Assembly: GCA_039831155.1 (NCBI GenBank)
Contig: JBDONT010000033.1
Location: forward strand, 1 to 50,502
Direction of reading: 5' to 3'
DNA length: 50,502 nucleotides
Origin: Nautiliaceae bacterium
GTDB taxonomy: Bacteria; Campylobacterota; Campylobacteria; Campylobacterales; Nautiliaceae
Part shown: piece by piece, positions 10,089 through 19,862 of the stretch
Numbering within the stretch: position 1 is the stretch's first letter
Layout of the letters: every line of letters begins with the position of its first letter
Notes under the pieces: model-generated
What the model saw: the letters and a program-made list of their open reading frames with translations, nothing else
What the model was told of the DNA's origin: nothing
Database searches by the model: none
Translations under genes and position numbers: made by a program

Positions 10089-10823
10089 ATGTTTTATATA
10101 GAAATTTTTATCATCTCCACTCTTCTTTCTGCCTTTTTTGCTCTAGGAGGAGTAGGAAGTGCCGTTGCGTTAATTCCTGTATTGCACTGGATGGGAATTG
10201 ATTTTAATTTTGCAAAAGCAATCGGACTTTTTGTCAATACAACCACGACCGTAACTGCGACAATAATGAATATAAAAAGAAAAGTTTTGGACATTAAATT
10301 CGCCCTACCGCTTGCAATTTCACTTGCAGCTTTTGCACCGGTTGGAGCAATGTATTCAAAACATGTGCCCGTCCATGAAGTGAAATGGTTTTTTACGCTC
10401 TTTTTGTTTTTTAGCGGAAGTATGATACTTTTCGGCAAAAAAGAGCAGAAATTCAATTATAACAAACAGTGGGTTATGATATTTATAGGAGCACTTGTTG
10501 GATTTATAAGCGGGCTACTCGGAATCGGAGGTGGAGCACTTTTAATGCCAGTGCTTATACTTTTGGGATTTGATGCAAAAAAACTGGCAGTTACTATGAG
10601 CTTTGTAATTCCCTTTTCTACACTTACTGCTTTTTTAACTTATCTTAGTTTCGTCAAAGTTAACTGGTATATTTTAATAATCGCAGCCCTTGGGGCAATT
10701 ATCGGAGGATATGTAGGAAATTACTTTATGCACTTTAAGTTAAATCAATCTCAAATCAAAAAAATAATAGGAATTCTTCTTTACATAATCGCATTTAAAA
10801 TGATATTTAGCCTAATCGGCTAA
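10089..10823 (+). CDS. Sulfite exporter TauE/SafE family protein
   Basis: Multi-TM protein with duplicated GGVGSAVALIP / SGLLGIGGGALLMP motifs. Confidence 0.9.
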   Translation: MFYIEIFIISTLLSAFFALGGVGSAVALIPVLHWMGIDFNFAKAIGLFVNTTTTVTATIMNIKRKVLDIKFALPLAISLAAFAPVGAMYSKHVPVHEVKWFFTLFLFFSGSMILFGKKEQKFNYNKQWVMIFIGALVGFISGLLGIGGGALLMPVLILLGFDAKKLAVTMSFVIPFSTLTAFLTYLSFVKVNWYILIIAALGAIIGGYVGNYFMHFKLNQSQIKKIIGILLYIIAFKMIFSLIG

Positions 10824-12074
10824 ATATCTTACGATAAGCTTACCGTCTTTTTCGTAAAAATCATAAACCTTATCTTCAGTTTTAAGTTCTTCTATAAAAC
10901 TTTCATCATAATTTTCATATTCAACAAGTTTAAATTTAACAATCGGCTTCATTTTAATAAGAGCACCTATCCAAAGAATACCCAAAAATATAGCCAGAAT
11001 TAAAAACTCTTTTAAAAGTCCGTGATTTAGAAAATATCCACTAATAGCTCCTCCTAAAAATATTCCCAAATACTGAATGGTGTTTGAAGTCGAAAGAGCA
11101 GTCGCTTTTTGATGAGCCATAGCAACTTTACTTACGAAACTCTGAAGTACCGGTTCTAATAAATTAAACCCGAAGAAAAACAAAATAACACCGATTAAAG
11201 CAGATAAATAACTCTTAACGTTTAACCCCACCAAAAAAAGCACCAAAGCAAAAGTAATACTAAAAGCGGATAAAATAAAAACAAGTTTACCTTTTTGTTT
11301 CTTTTCAGCCAAAATAGCCCCAAAAGGCATAGCCATAAATCCAAACACAAGTGCCGGAATGTAAACTTTCCAAAGTTCGGTCTTATCCCAATCGAAAAAT
11401 TTTGTAAAAATTAAAGGAATAAGCAAGAAAAATACACTCATAAGCCCTTTTTGCATAAAGCCCGAAAAGAAAAGCTTTAAAAGTTCTCTATGTTTTAAAA
11501 TATCTTTTAAAGAGGTTTGATTTTCCATATGATGAACGATTTTTGGAGCCGGAGGTACCTTTTTTAAAACTATAAAAACAGAAACCAACGCTAAAAGAGA
11601 AGTTAATAAAAAGAGCTTATCAACCCCATACTTAGCCCCTATCGTAGGACCCAACACCATAGAAACTGCAAAGCTAAGCCCTATAAACATTCCCATTTTC
11701 GAAAAAGCTTTGGCTCTTGTATTTTCATCGGTTACATCCGCTATATAAGCCAAAATAACCCCTCCTATAGCTCCGGCACCCTGAAGTAGACGACCAAAAA
11801 TCAACATATAAATATTAGTGGAAAAAGCACAAACCAAACTTCCTAAAAAAAGTAAAAAAAGCCCGATTATCAAAATAATTTTCTTATCGTATTTATCGGC
11901 TAACTTTCCAAAAGGAATCTGTAAAAAAAGTTGAGACAAGGCATAAGCACCTATCGCAACCCCCACACTAAACTCATTAGCCCCGGCTAAATGCATAGCG
12001 TAAATAGCAAGTACCGGCATTACTATAAAAAGTCCCAAAAATCTTATAGCCATTAATAAACTCAAATAAATCAT
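10812..12074 (-). CDS. MFS transporter (YajR-like)
   Basis: RFLGLFIVMPV, motif A GKLADKYDKK, GRLLQGAGA, about 12 TM segments. Confidence 0.9.
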   Translation of the reverse strand: MIYLSLLMAIRFLGLFIVMPVLAIYAMHLAGANEFSVGVAIGAYALSQLFLQIPFGKLADKYDKKIILIIGLFLLFLGSLVCAFSTNIYMLIFGRLLQGAGAIGGVILAYIADVTDENTRAKAFSKMGMFIGLSFAVSMVLGPTIGAKYGVDKLFLLTSLLALVSVFIVLKKVPPAPKIVHHMENQTSLKDILKHRELLKLFFSGFMQKGLMSVFFLLIPLIFTKFFDWDKTELWKVYIPALVFGFMAMPFGAILAEKKQKGKLVFILSAFSITFALVLFLVGLNVKSYLSALIGVILFFFGFNLLEPVLQSFVSKVAMAHQKATALSTSNTIQYLGIFLGGAISGYFLNHGLLKEFLILAIFLGILWIGALIKMKPIVKFKLVEYENYDESFIEELKTEDKVYDFYEKDGKLIVRYLAD

Positions 12075-12083
12075 CTCACTCCT

Positions 12084-12854
12084 TTACAAACTAATATATT
12101 TTTTCTCTTTTTTTTCAAAATAAACAGCCTTTTCAAAACCCAAAGCCTTAGCTTTTTGTACTGCTTCATTTAGCATAAACCCAACTTGAGAAGGAGAATG
12201 TGCATCACTAGAAAAGGTAATATCAATCCCCTCTTCCAAAATCATCTCCAAAAGCTCATCACTAGGATACATCTCTTTTACCGGCTTTCTAAGCCCGGCG
12301 GTATTTATCTCAACCGCTATACCCGAATTTTTAATAGCCTTTATAGCGTCTTTTGCCAAATCTTTAATAGATTTTTTCGGCTTAAAACCGAAAACCTTAA
12401 CCAAATCCAAATGCCCTACTATGTTAAAAAGTTTTGAATTTGCCATTTTTTCGATTAAATAAAAGTACTCCTTATAAACATCATCGACATCCCTATTATG
12501 CCACTCTTTTAAAAACTCCGGGTTATCAAATCCCCAGTTATCCAAAAAATGCACACTTCCTATCAAATAATCCACATCCCGCTTTAAAACCCTCTCATCA
12601 ATTATCGGGGTAAAATCCACTTCATACCCCAAAAGAATTTTAATATTATCATACTTTTGTGAAAGAGAAATTATTTTTTTCTCATAAACATCCATATCTT
12701 CAAATTTCATTCTATATTTAGGGTCGAAATTCATAGGGGCGTGGTCTGCAAAACCGTAAATTTTTATACCTTTTTTTATAGCCTCTTGAATATACTCCTC
12801 TTCAGTGCCTTTAGCGTGATTACATAAAGGAGTATGATTGTGCAAATCCACCAT
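12084..12854 (-). CDS. hisJ: Histidinol-phosphatase, PHP (HisJ) family
   Basis: DLHNHT..CNHA, ADHAP, GSVH, GHLDL, EINTAGLRKP and SDAH motifs. Confidence 0.85.
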   Translation of the reverse strand: MVDLHNHTPLCNHAKGTEEEYIQEAIKKGIKIYGFADHAPMNFDPKYRMKFEDMDVYEKKIISLSQKYDNIKILLGYEVDFTPIIDERVLKRDVDYLIGSVHFLDNWGFDNPEFLKEWHNRDVDDVYKEYFYLIEKMANSKLFNIVGHLDLVKVFGFKPKKSIKDLAKDAIKAIKNSGIAVEINTAGLRKPVKEMYPSDELLEMILEEGIDITFSSDAHSPSQVGFMLNEAVQKAKALGFEKAVYFEKKEKKYISL

Positions 12855-12907
12855 CTCTTTGCCTTTTTAAATGAAATTATATATAATTAATCCAAAAAAG
12901 GCTTGCT

Positions 12908-13534
12908 ATGACTCAAGAAGAATTAGACGCTCTTATAGCAGGAGATATAGACTTAGAAGAAGAGAGTGAAGAAAAAGAAGAAGAAAAAGAAGCAATAATC
13001 CCTCCACCGGCAGACAAAAAACACAAAGTAGTGGCTCAACTTGACGAAGTAACAAAAGAAAGTGAAGAAAAAGCCATTCAAATTTTGGATATAATGGAGA
13101 GTATTTCAAACAATGTAGCCGAAAGCGGACAGGATTTAAAAGAGGTTTTAGATTTTTTAGAACACGAAAAAGAACTCTTTACAAAACTAAGTGAACGTTT
13201 TCCTCATATTAAAACATTTAAAGAAGAATTAAACCTTGTTAATGAAATGATAGAAAAAGTAAAAAAAGCCATAGAAGTTTCAGAAACTGCACAAGACGAT
13301 ATTATGATAGCTATGGATATTATGCAGTATCAAGACATTCATCGTCAGAAAATAGAAAGAGTTATAAACATAATGAGAGCGTTAATCAAATATATGAATA
13401 GACTCTTTGAAGGAAAAATTGACGACTCAAAAAGAGTAAGAAGTGCTGACCATATTCACGGAGACGAAAACGACGAACTAGTAAGTGAAGACGATATAGA
13501 AAGCTTAATAGCACAATTAGGTGGAGGTAATTAA
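12908..13534 (+). CDS. cheZ: Chemotaxis phosphatase CheZ, Campylobacterota type
   Basis: MTQEELDAL start, MQYQDIHRQKIERV catalytic D/Q motif, C-terminal DDIESLIAQLG CheY-binding helix. Confidence 0.85.
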   Translation: MTQEELDALIAGDIDLEEESEEKEEEKEAIIPPPADKKHKVVAQLDEVTKESEEKAIQILDIMESISNNVAESGQDLKEVLDFLEHEKELFTKLSERFPHIKTFKEELNLVNEMIEKVKKAIEVSETAQDDIMIAMDIMQYQDIHRQKIERVINIMRALIKYMNRLFEGKIDDSKRVRSADHIHGDENDELVSEDDIESLIAQLGGGN

Positions 13535-14820
13535 TGAAAAAAGTAGAACTCTTATCACCGGCCGGTGATTTTGAAAAATTAAAAATAGCCGTAGCTTACG
13601 GAGCTGATGCCATATATGCGGGAGTGAGCCACTTTTCTTTAAGATGTCATAGCGGAAAAGAGTTTAATTACGAAAATTTCCAAGAAGCCGTAAACTACGC
13701 CCACGAAAGAGGCGTTAAAGTATACGCAACCGTTAACTCTTTTCCTTTTGAAAACCAACTGCCGTTAGTTGAAGAACATATTAAGAAACTAAAAGAAATA
13801 GGCGTTGACGCTATGATTATCTCTTCTCTTGGCGTCTTAATGAAAGCAAAGGAAATAGCACCGGAGATTGATATACACTTATCAACCCAAGCAAACGCCT
13901 TAAATTCCTGGGATTATAAAGCTTATAGGGATTTAGGGGTAAAAAGAATAATAGCGGCAAGAGAAACCACTCTAAAAGACCTTGAGAGAATCAAAGAAAA
14001 GGTACCGGATGTCGAAATAGAAGTATTCGTACACGGGGCTATGTGTTTTGCGTATTCTGGAAGATGTCTTTTAAGTGCCGTGCAATTCGGAAGAAATCCG
14101 AATAAAGGCAGTTGTGCGAACGATTGCAGATATCCGTATGTACTATATGCTGAAAATCCTGAAACCGGTATGATATTTAAACTAGAAGAATACCCACAAG
14201 ACGGAACTTATATAATGAACGCAAAAGATTTATGCCTAATAGAACATATCCCGGAAATTTTAAAAAGCAACGTTGTGGATTCCATAAAAATAGAAGGTAG
14301 AACAAAAGCCCCTTATTACGTCGGAATCGTGACAAAAGCCTACAGAGAAGCGATTGACGCGTTTTATGAAGGAAGAGAGTTTAACAAAGAACATTTTATG
14401 AATGAAATCCTAACAACCAAAAACAGAGGCTTAACGGACGCTTATCTTGTAAAAAGACCTTACGAAAGACACGATACCCAAAATCTTGAAACCTCTTTAA
14501 CTCACGGAGAGTGGCAGGTGAGTGGAATAGTAAACGAAGACGAAGAGACGTTTATGTGCAAATATAAAACATTCCCCGGAGACGTTGTAGAAATTGTGGC
14601 TCCGAAAAATGCTAAAATTACACCTTGTGAAAACGAAATAGGTAAAATATGGTATGAAGATGGTAAATGGAAACTTAAATTTAATAAAATAGAAACCAAA
14701 AACGGAAAAGTTCTAGAAGCAGTTCACAGTGGTAATCTAAACCTTATAAAATTACCCGGTAAACTGCCTTATCTTACATTTTTAAGAAAAAAAGTAAAAT
14801 TCAGCCCAAACGGCGTATAA
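13534..14820 (+). CDS. Peptidase U32 family protein (TrhP/YegQ-like tRNA hydroxylation protein)
   Basis: ELLSPAG, HLSTQ, HGAMCFAYSGRC...CANDCR Fe-S Cys motif, KIEGRTK. Confidence 0.9.
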   Translation: MKKVELLSPAGDFEKLKIAVAYGADAIYAGVSHFSLRCHSGKEFNYENFQEAVNYAHERGVKVYATVNSFPFENQLPLVEEHIKKLKEIGVDAMIISSLGVLMKAKEIAPEIDIHLSTQANALNSWDYKAYRDLGVKRIIAARETTLKDLERIKEKVPDVEIEVFVHGAMCFAYSGRCLLSAVQFGRNPNKGSCANDCRYPYVLYAENPETGMIFKLEEYPQDGTYIMNAKDLCLIEHIPEILKSNVVDSIKIEGRTKAPYYVGIVTKAYREAIDAFYEGREFNKEHFMNEILTTKNRGLTDAYLVKRPYERHDTQNLETSLTHGEWQVSGIVNEDEETFMCKYKTFPGDVVEIVAPKNAKITPCENEIGKIWYEDGKWKLKFNKIETKNGKVLEAVHSGNLNLIKLPGKLPYLTFLRKKVKFSPNGV

Positions 14821-14829
14821 GGAGAGAAT

Positions 14830-15327
14830 ATGAGATTTGTATCAATTTTAATGGGAAGTAAAAGCGATTATGAAATTATGAGAGAAGCTGTAAAAGTACT
14901 TGAAAAATTTCAAATCCCTTATGAGCTCATAATCACTTCAGCACACAGAACACCGGATAGAACGCATTCTTACGTAAAAGAAGCGGAAGCAAGAGGTGCG
15001 AAAGTGTTTATCTGTGGTGCCGGAATGGCGGCTCACTTAGCAGGAGTTGTGGCAAGTCTTACTACAAGACCGGTAATAGGAGTACCTATGCCAACCGGAA
15101 TGATGGACGGACTTGATGCACTTTTAAGTACCGTTCAAATGCCCGGAGGTATGCCGGTTGCAACTGTTGCCGTTGGAAAAGCCGGAGCTAAAAACGCGGC
15201 TTATCTTGCTTTACAGATTTTAGCAAACAGTGATGACGAACTAAAAGCTAAACTTGAAGAAGACAGAATTGCCGGAGCTAAAAAAGTAGAGATGGACTCA
15301 AAAGAAGTTGAAATAAGAATAGACTAA
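14830..15327 (+). CDS. purE: N5-CAIR mutase
   Basis: MGSKSD, SAHRTP, GAGMAAHLAG, STVQMPGGMPVATV. Confidence 0.98.
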   Translation: MRFVSILMGSKSDYEIMREAVKVLEKFQIPYELIITSAHRTPDRTHSYVKEAEARGAKVFICGAGMAAHLAGVVASLTTRPVIGVPMPTGMMDGLDALLSTVQMPGGMPVATVAVGKAGAKNAAYLALQILANSDDELKAKLEEDRIAGAKKVEMDSKEVEIRID

Positions 15328-15800
15328 TGCAGACCTGGTTAAGTCTTGAAGAATTTATTCAATTAAGCGGAAAAACAAAAGAAGAGATACTAAAAGCGTG
15401 TAAGAATAAAGAGTTAAAGTGCAAAAAAAGCGAAGGTACAATTTATATAGAGATTGAGTCTCTTGCAAATTCCCTTGTACCTTTGCAAGAAGTTGAAATA
15501 ATAAATAAAAACGAAGATATAGCACAAAAAACAATAGCGACTCTTCTTATATTACACGAAAAAGTTTTAATGAGTAAAGACGAAACAATCGAAGCTTTAA
15601 AAGAGGAAAACGAATTTTTAAAAAAATCGATTTACTCTATTCAAGAAGTTTATGAAGATTCACAAGAGACAATAAAAAGACTTCAAAAACAACTTGAAAT
15701 TTGTCAAGAAGAATTGCAGTTTTGTAAAAGAAAATATAAACTTATGTGGGGCAGAGTTTTAGATAAGGAAAACAAGGAGGATAAATGCAAAAAAGAGTAA
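15327..15800 (+). CDS. DUF3972-type coiled-coil protein
   Basis: LHEKVLMSKDETIEALKEENEFLK...KRKYKLMW, in its usual position after purE in Campylobacterota. Confidence 0.75.
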   Translation: MQTWLSLEEFIQLSGKTKEEILKACKNKELKCKKSEGTIYIEIESLANSLVPLQEVEIINKNEDIAQKTIATLLILHEKVLMSKDETIEALKEENEFLKKSIYSIQEVYEDSQETIKRLQKQLEICQEELQFCKRKYKLMWGRVLDKENKEDKCKKE

Positions 15801-16021
15801 TTCTTTTTACGGCACCTGGATGCATTTGGTGTACGAAAGCCGAACAGTTTTTTAAAAAAAACAAAATCAAATACAGAAAAATAGACATTTCAAAAGATAC
15901 AAAAGCAGCTCGCGATTGTGAGAAACACGGATGTAGAGGAGTACCGGTTATTTTAATAGGAAGCAGATGGATTTGCGGATTTAACGAACCTATTATCAAA
16001 AAGGAGCTGGGAATTAAATGA
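15785..16021 (+). CDS. Glutaredoxin/NrdH-like redoxin
   Basis: CIWC active site, GVPVILIG cis-Pro motif, GF; strong AAGGAGG SD. Confidence 0.9.
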   Translation: MQKRVILFTAPGCIWCTKAEQFFKKNKIKYRKIDISKDTKAARDCEKHGCRGVPVILIGSRWICGFNEPIIKKELGIK

Positions 16022-16881
16022 ATATAGCAAGAGAATGTTATTTATGTCTTTATAAACAAATTTTTAAACTTGCCGATAAATTTTGTAAAGATGAGAAATG
16101 TGCAAGTAAGATTTTAAGAGAAGGAGCTAAAATATTAAGTGAGTACGATATTGATGTCGTACCCCCGGAAATTGCTGCACAAACTTACGGAAAAATAAGT
16201 GAAATTTTAGAAATAGAAGATTTATTTGAAGAGGAAAAAAAAGAAGCTATAAAAGAAGCTCTTAAATTAAAACCCTCTTTAAAACTTAAACTTTTAAAAA
16301 GCCAAAATAAACTTCTTTACGCTTGTAAAATAGCAACTGCCGGTAATGTAATTGACCTTGGAGTTCATCAAAGTTACGATTTAACAAAAGAGCTTGAAAA
16401 AATATTTGAAATTGAATTTGGTATAAACAATTTTGATGAATTTGAAAAAAATATAAAAAGCAGTGAAACCATCTGCTATCTTGCCGATAACGCCGGAGAA
16501 AACGTATTTGACGAAATTTTAATAGAAACAATAAAAGAGATTAACCCGAATATAAAAATCTATTATCTGGTAAGAGGTAAACCGGTAATTAACGACGTAA
16601 CTCTAAAAGATTTGATAGGTCTTGAAATATTCAATGTAGCGGAAGTTATCAATACAGGAGTACCAAGCCCCGGATTTCATTTAAAATTCGCAAACGAAAT
16701 TTCAAAGGAGATTTTTTATAACTCCGATATGGTAATAAGTAAAGGTATGGGAAATTTCGAATGTCTGTTTGATGAGTGTAATAGGAAAGTTTTTTATCTT
16801 TTTAAAGTAAAATGCGAAGCAGTCGCAAGAACCAGCCATACGAATGTCGGAGATTATGTACTTTTAAAAGGGAATAAATGA
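16018..16881 (+). CDS. DUF89/ARMT1-like damage-control metal-dependent phosphatase
   Basis: ECYLC, GNVIDLG, DNAGE..FD, PVIND, KGMGNFE and KVKC motifs. Confidence 0.9.
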   Translation: MNIARECYLCLYKQIFKLADKFCKDEKCASKILREGAKILSEYDIDVVPPEIAAQTYGKISEILEIEDLFEEEKKEAIKEALKLKPSLKLKLLKSQNKLLYACKIATAGNVIDLGVHQSYDLTKELEKIFEIEFGINNFDEFEKNIKSSETICYLADNAGENVFDEILIETIKEINPNIKIYYLVRGKPVINDVTLKDLIGLEIFNVAEVINTGVPSPGFHLKFANEISKEIFYNSDMVISKGMGNFECLFDECNRKVFYLFKVKCEAVARTSHTNVGDYVLLKGNK

Positions 16882-17825
16882 GGCTTTATTTAAAAAACAT
16901 AGGTATAATAAAAGAAGCCGATGTAAAATTAGACGGACTGACGGTAATAGCCGGAGAAAACGATACGGGGAAAAGCACGGTTGGGAAGATGTTATTTATT
17001 TTAGCTAGGACCTTTACATTTTATAAATACGGAAATAAAAACAAAACCCCGAATCAAATCTTAAATTGGCTTATAAAACAGATTTTTAAAGATAAAATAA
17101 TAAATAAAAGCTCATTTTGTAATTTGAAAGATGAAGATTTTTTCGTACAATGTTTTAAAATTGATGTAAAAAACAGAAAATTTTTAGATGCGGTTTTTAT
17201 AGAAACTCCTTTTATTTTAAATATGTTCAACACGTTTAAAACGATACAACCTTTTATTTCTTCTCAAAATCCTTTAGATATTTATATCGATTATCCCTAT
17301 GTTGCTTGGGATTTATATTTAAAATCTTATAACAAATCCCAATTTAATCCCGATTTGAAAAAAGAAGATTTGTTAGAATTTACTAAAGATATTATTAAAG
17401 GTTTTTGGATTTTTGATGATAATAAAAAAGAGTGGAGATTTAAAAAGGAAAATAGAAATTTTCAAATTAACAATGTCGCTATGGGAATAAAACAATTCGG
17501 AATTATCGAAATTTTACTTAAAAACGGATATATCTCTAAAAATAGAATTTTAATAATAGACGAACCGGAAGTTCATCTTCATCCAAAATGGCAAATCGAG
17601 TATGCTAAACTGATAGTTGAACTGGTAAAAAGAGGGGTTAAAGTTTTAATCACTTCTCACAGCCCTTTTTTTATAGAGGCAATTGAAAATTTATATGAAG
17701 ATACAAAATTTTATTTAGCTAAAGACGGAATGATTAAAGAAAATAAAACATCCGAAATTTACGAATTATTAAGTGAAAGTATAGATGAATTAGAAAAAAT
17801 GGAAATAGAAAAATTAAAATGGTAG
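16878..17825 (+). CDS. ABC-type (AAA_15/AAA_21-like) ATPase, non-transporter
   Basis: Walker A GENDTGKS, degenerate signature VAMGIKQF, Walker B/D-loop IIDEPEVHLHPKWQ, H-loop TSHSPFF. Confidence 0.9.
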   Translation: MRLYLKNIGIIKEADVKLDGLTVIAGENDTGKSTVGKMLFILARTFTFYKYGNKNKTPNQILNWLIKQIFKDKIINKSSFCNLKDEDFFVQCFKIDVKNRKFLDAVFIETPFILNMFNTFKTIQPFISSQNPLDIYIDYPYVAWDLYLKSYNKSQFNPDLKKEDLLEFTKDIIKGFWIFDDNKKEWRFKKENRNFQINNVAMGIKQFGIIEILLKNGYISKNRILIIDEPEVHLHPKWQIEYAKLIVELVKRGVKVLITSHSPFFIEAIENLYEDTKFYLAKDGMIKENKTSEIYELLSESIDELEKMEIEKLKW

Positions 17826-18268
17826 ATTTAAATAAATTATTAGAAACATTAGATATGGTCAGTGATAATTGTTGTGAAGATGATGGAAAAATATATATAA
17901 ACTTTGATAAAGCGGATAATAATTTAGCAACAGCCGATTGTTTGATAATTAAAGACAGTTATTTTTTATTGGCAGAATTTAAAAAAATTGATGAAGTGAA
18001 AAATATTGAAGAATGGATGGAAGACAAAAAGAGAAATCAGCAGATTTTATTAAAAGCTTATGAAAGTTATTTTTTGTTAAAATCTTTAAAAGTTATTGAA
18101 AATTTTGAAAATATGGAAAAAAGGTTTGTATTTGTTTATAAATCGGATAGTTATAAAAAAAAGATAAAAAATCATTTTAAAAACAAATTAGATAGACTTA
18201 AAATTGCTTATAATAGCGTTTTAGTTTTAGAATGTAAAAATTTTAAAAATTTATTAGAAAGGTTGTAA
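17819..18268 (+). CDS. Hypothetical protein, putative PD-(D/E)XK (restriction-endonuclease-fold) nuclease partner of the ATPase
   Basis: Overlaps the ATPase stop; ADCLIIKDSYFLLAEFK = D-x12-E-x-K. The CDS is well supported, the nuclease call is inference. Confidence 0.6.
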   Translation: MVDLNKLLETLDMVSDNCCEDDGKIYINFDKADNNLATADCLIIKDSYFLLAEFKKIDEVKNIEEWMEDKKRNQQILLKAYESYFLLKSLKVIENFENMEKRFVFVYKSDSYKKKIKNHFKNKLDRLKIAYNSVLVLECKNFKNLLERL

Positions 18269-19111
18269 ATGTATTTTAGCGATTTATTATTAAAACTTCA
18301 GGAATTTTGGAAAAACAAAGGGTGTAATATCGTTATGCCTTACGATTTCCCAAGCGGTGCGGGGACGTTTCATCCGGCGACACTGCTCAGAAGTCTTGAT
18401 AAGGGAGATTGGAACGTTGCGTATGTTGCACCGAGCAGAAGACCAACAGACGGAAGATACGGAGAAAATCCGAATCGTCTCGGGAGTTATTATCAATTTC
18501 AAGTTATTATGAAACCAAGCCCCGATAATATTCAGGAGATGTATCTTGAAAGCCTCGAATTTTTAGGACTTAATCTAAAAGAACACGACGTCAGATTCGT
18601 AGAAGACAACTGGGAATCCCCGACTTTAGGAGCATGGGGACTCGGATGGGAAGTATGGCTTGATGGTATGGAAGTTACGCAATTTACATATTTTCAACAA
18701 GTAGGGGGATTAAAGACTTTTCCGGTGCCGGTTGAAATAACATACGGGACCGAAAGACTTGCTATGTATCTTCAAGGAGTTGACAACGTATATGATATAA
18801 AATGGAATGAAAACACAACTTACGGCGATATGCATAAAAGAAGCGAATTCGAGTTTTCAAAATACAACTTTGAAATTGCAAATGTTGAAATGCTATTTAG
18901 ATGGTTTGAAGACGCAAGAAATGAAGCTAAAAGATGTCTTGAAGCGAATTTGCCACTTCCGGCTTATGATTATACGATTTTAGCTTCACATATATTCAAC
19001 GTACTTGACGCAAGAAAAGCGATATCGCAAACCGAAAGACAAAATTATATTTTAAAAATACGCGAACTTGCTAAAGGCGTGGCTGAAACTTACGTAGGAG
19101 TTAATAAGTGA
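18269..19111 (+). CDS. glyQ: Glycine-tRNA ligase alpha subunit
   Basis: [54 protein letters not shown]. Confidence 0.98.
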   Translation: MYFSDLLLKLQEFWKNKGCNIVMPYDFPSGAGTFHPATLLRSLDKGDWNVAYVAPSRRPTDGRYGENPNRLGSYYQFQVIMKPSPDNIQEMYLESLEFLGLNLKEHDVRFVEDNWESPTLGAWGLGWEVWLDGMEVTQFTYFQQVGGLKTFPVPVEITYGTERLAMYLQGVDNVYDIKWNENTTYGDMHKRSEFEFSKYNFEIANVEMLFRWFEDARNEAKRCLEANLPLPAYDYTILASHIFNVLDARKAISQTERQNYILKIRELAKGVAETYVGVNK

Positions 19112-19827
19112 AAATAAAAGAGATTTATGAAATTCTAGACTCAATATCCCCTTTTGAACTTCAAGAAGATTGGGACAACAGTGGATTGTTGATAGGAGAT
19201 TTTGAAAACGAAATAAGCAAAATTTATTTAACCCTTGACATAGACGAAGAACTTTTGGAAAAAGTGGATAAAAATTCACTAATTATAGCTCATCATCCCT
19301 TAATATTCAAACCCTTAAAAAACCTTATTCCCTCTTCTTTTTCAACCAAACTAGCCATAAAAATGATTCAAAAGAACATCTCATTTATAGCAATGCATAC
19401 AAATTTCGATAAAACCCATTTAAATAAATACGTAGCGGAAAAAGTTTTAGGATTAAAAGGAGAAAGTAAAGACTTTATTTACAGTGCTGAAATTAACGAA
19501 AGTTTTGATGAATTTGCAAAAAAAGTAAAATCCAAACTCAATCTACAAAGCCTAAAAACCGTAAAATGCCACGAAAACATAAATTCAGTAAGTATAACTA
19601 CAGGGGCTGGAATATCTCTGCTTCCTTATGTAAAGACCGATTTATTTTTAACCGGGGATATAAAATACCACGAAGCTATGGAAGCAAAGATAAGAGGGAT
19701 TAGTTTAATCGATATAGGACATTTTGAGAGTGAAAAATTCTTTGTAGAGGCTCTTTTTGAAGTTTTAGAATTAAAGACCGAAATAATTAAAACAAATTCC
19801 AAAAATCCGTTTTTAATAATAAACTAG
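19108..19827 (+). CDS. Nif3-like dinuclear metal center protein
   Basis: WDNSGL, HHPLIF, MHTNFD, TGDIKYH, GHFESE. Confidence 0.93.
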   Translation: MKIKEIYEILDSISPFELQEDWDNSGLLIGDFENEISKIYLTLDIDEELLEKVDKNSLIIAHHPLIFKPLKNLIPSSFSTKLAIKMIQKNISFIAMHTNFDKTHLNKYVAEKVLGLKGESKDFIYSAEINESFDEFAKKVKSKLNLQSLKTVKCHENINSVSITTGAGISLLPYVKTDLFLTGDIKYHEAMEAKIRGISLIDIGHFESEKFFVEALFEVLELKTEIIKTNSKNPFLIIN

Positions 19828-19833
19828 CACTTA

Positions 19834-19842
19834 TGATATAAT
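19834..19842 (+). promoter_or_regulatory. Extended -10 promoter (TGATATAAT), internal to the operon
   Basis: Exact motif in the short gap before the zinc-ribbon gene. Confidence 0.6.
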
Positions 19843-19862
19843 TCCACTAAAAAAGGCACGAA

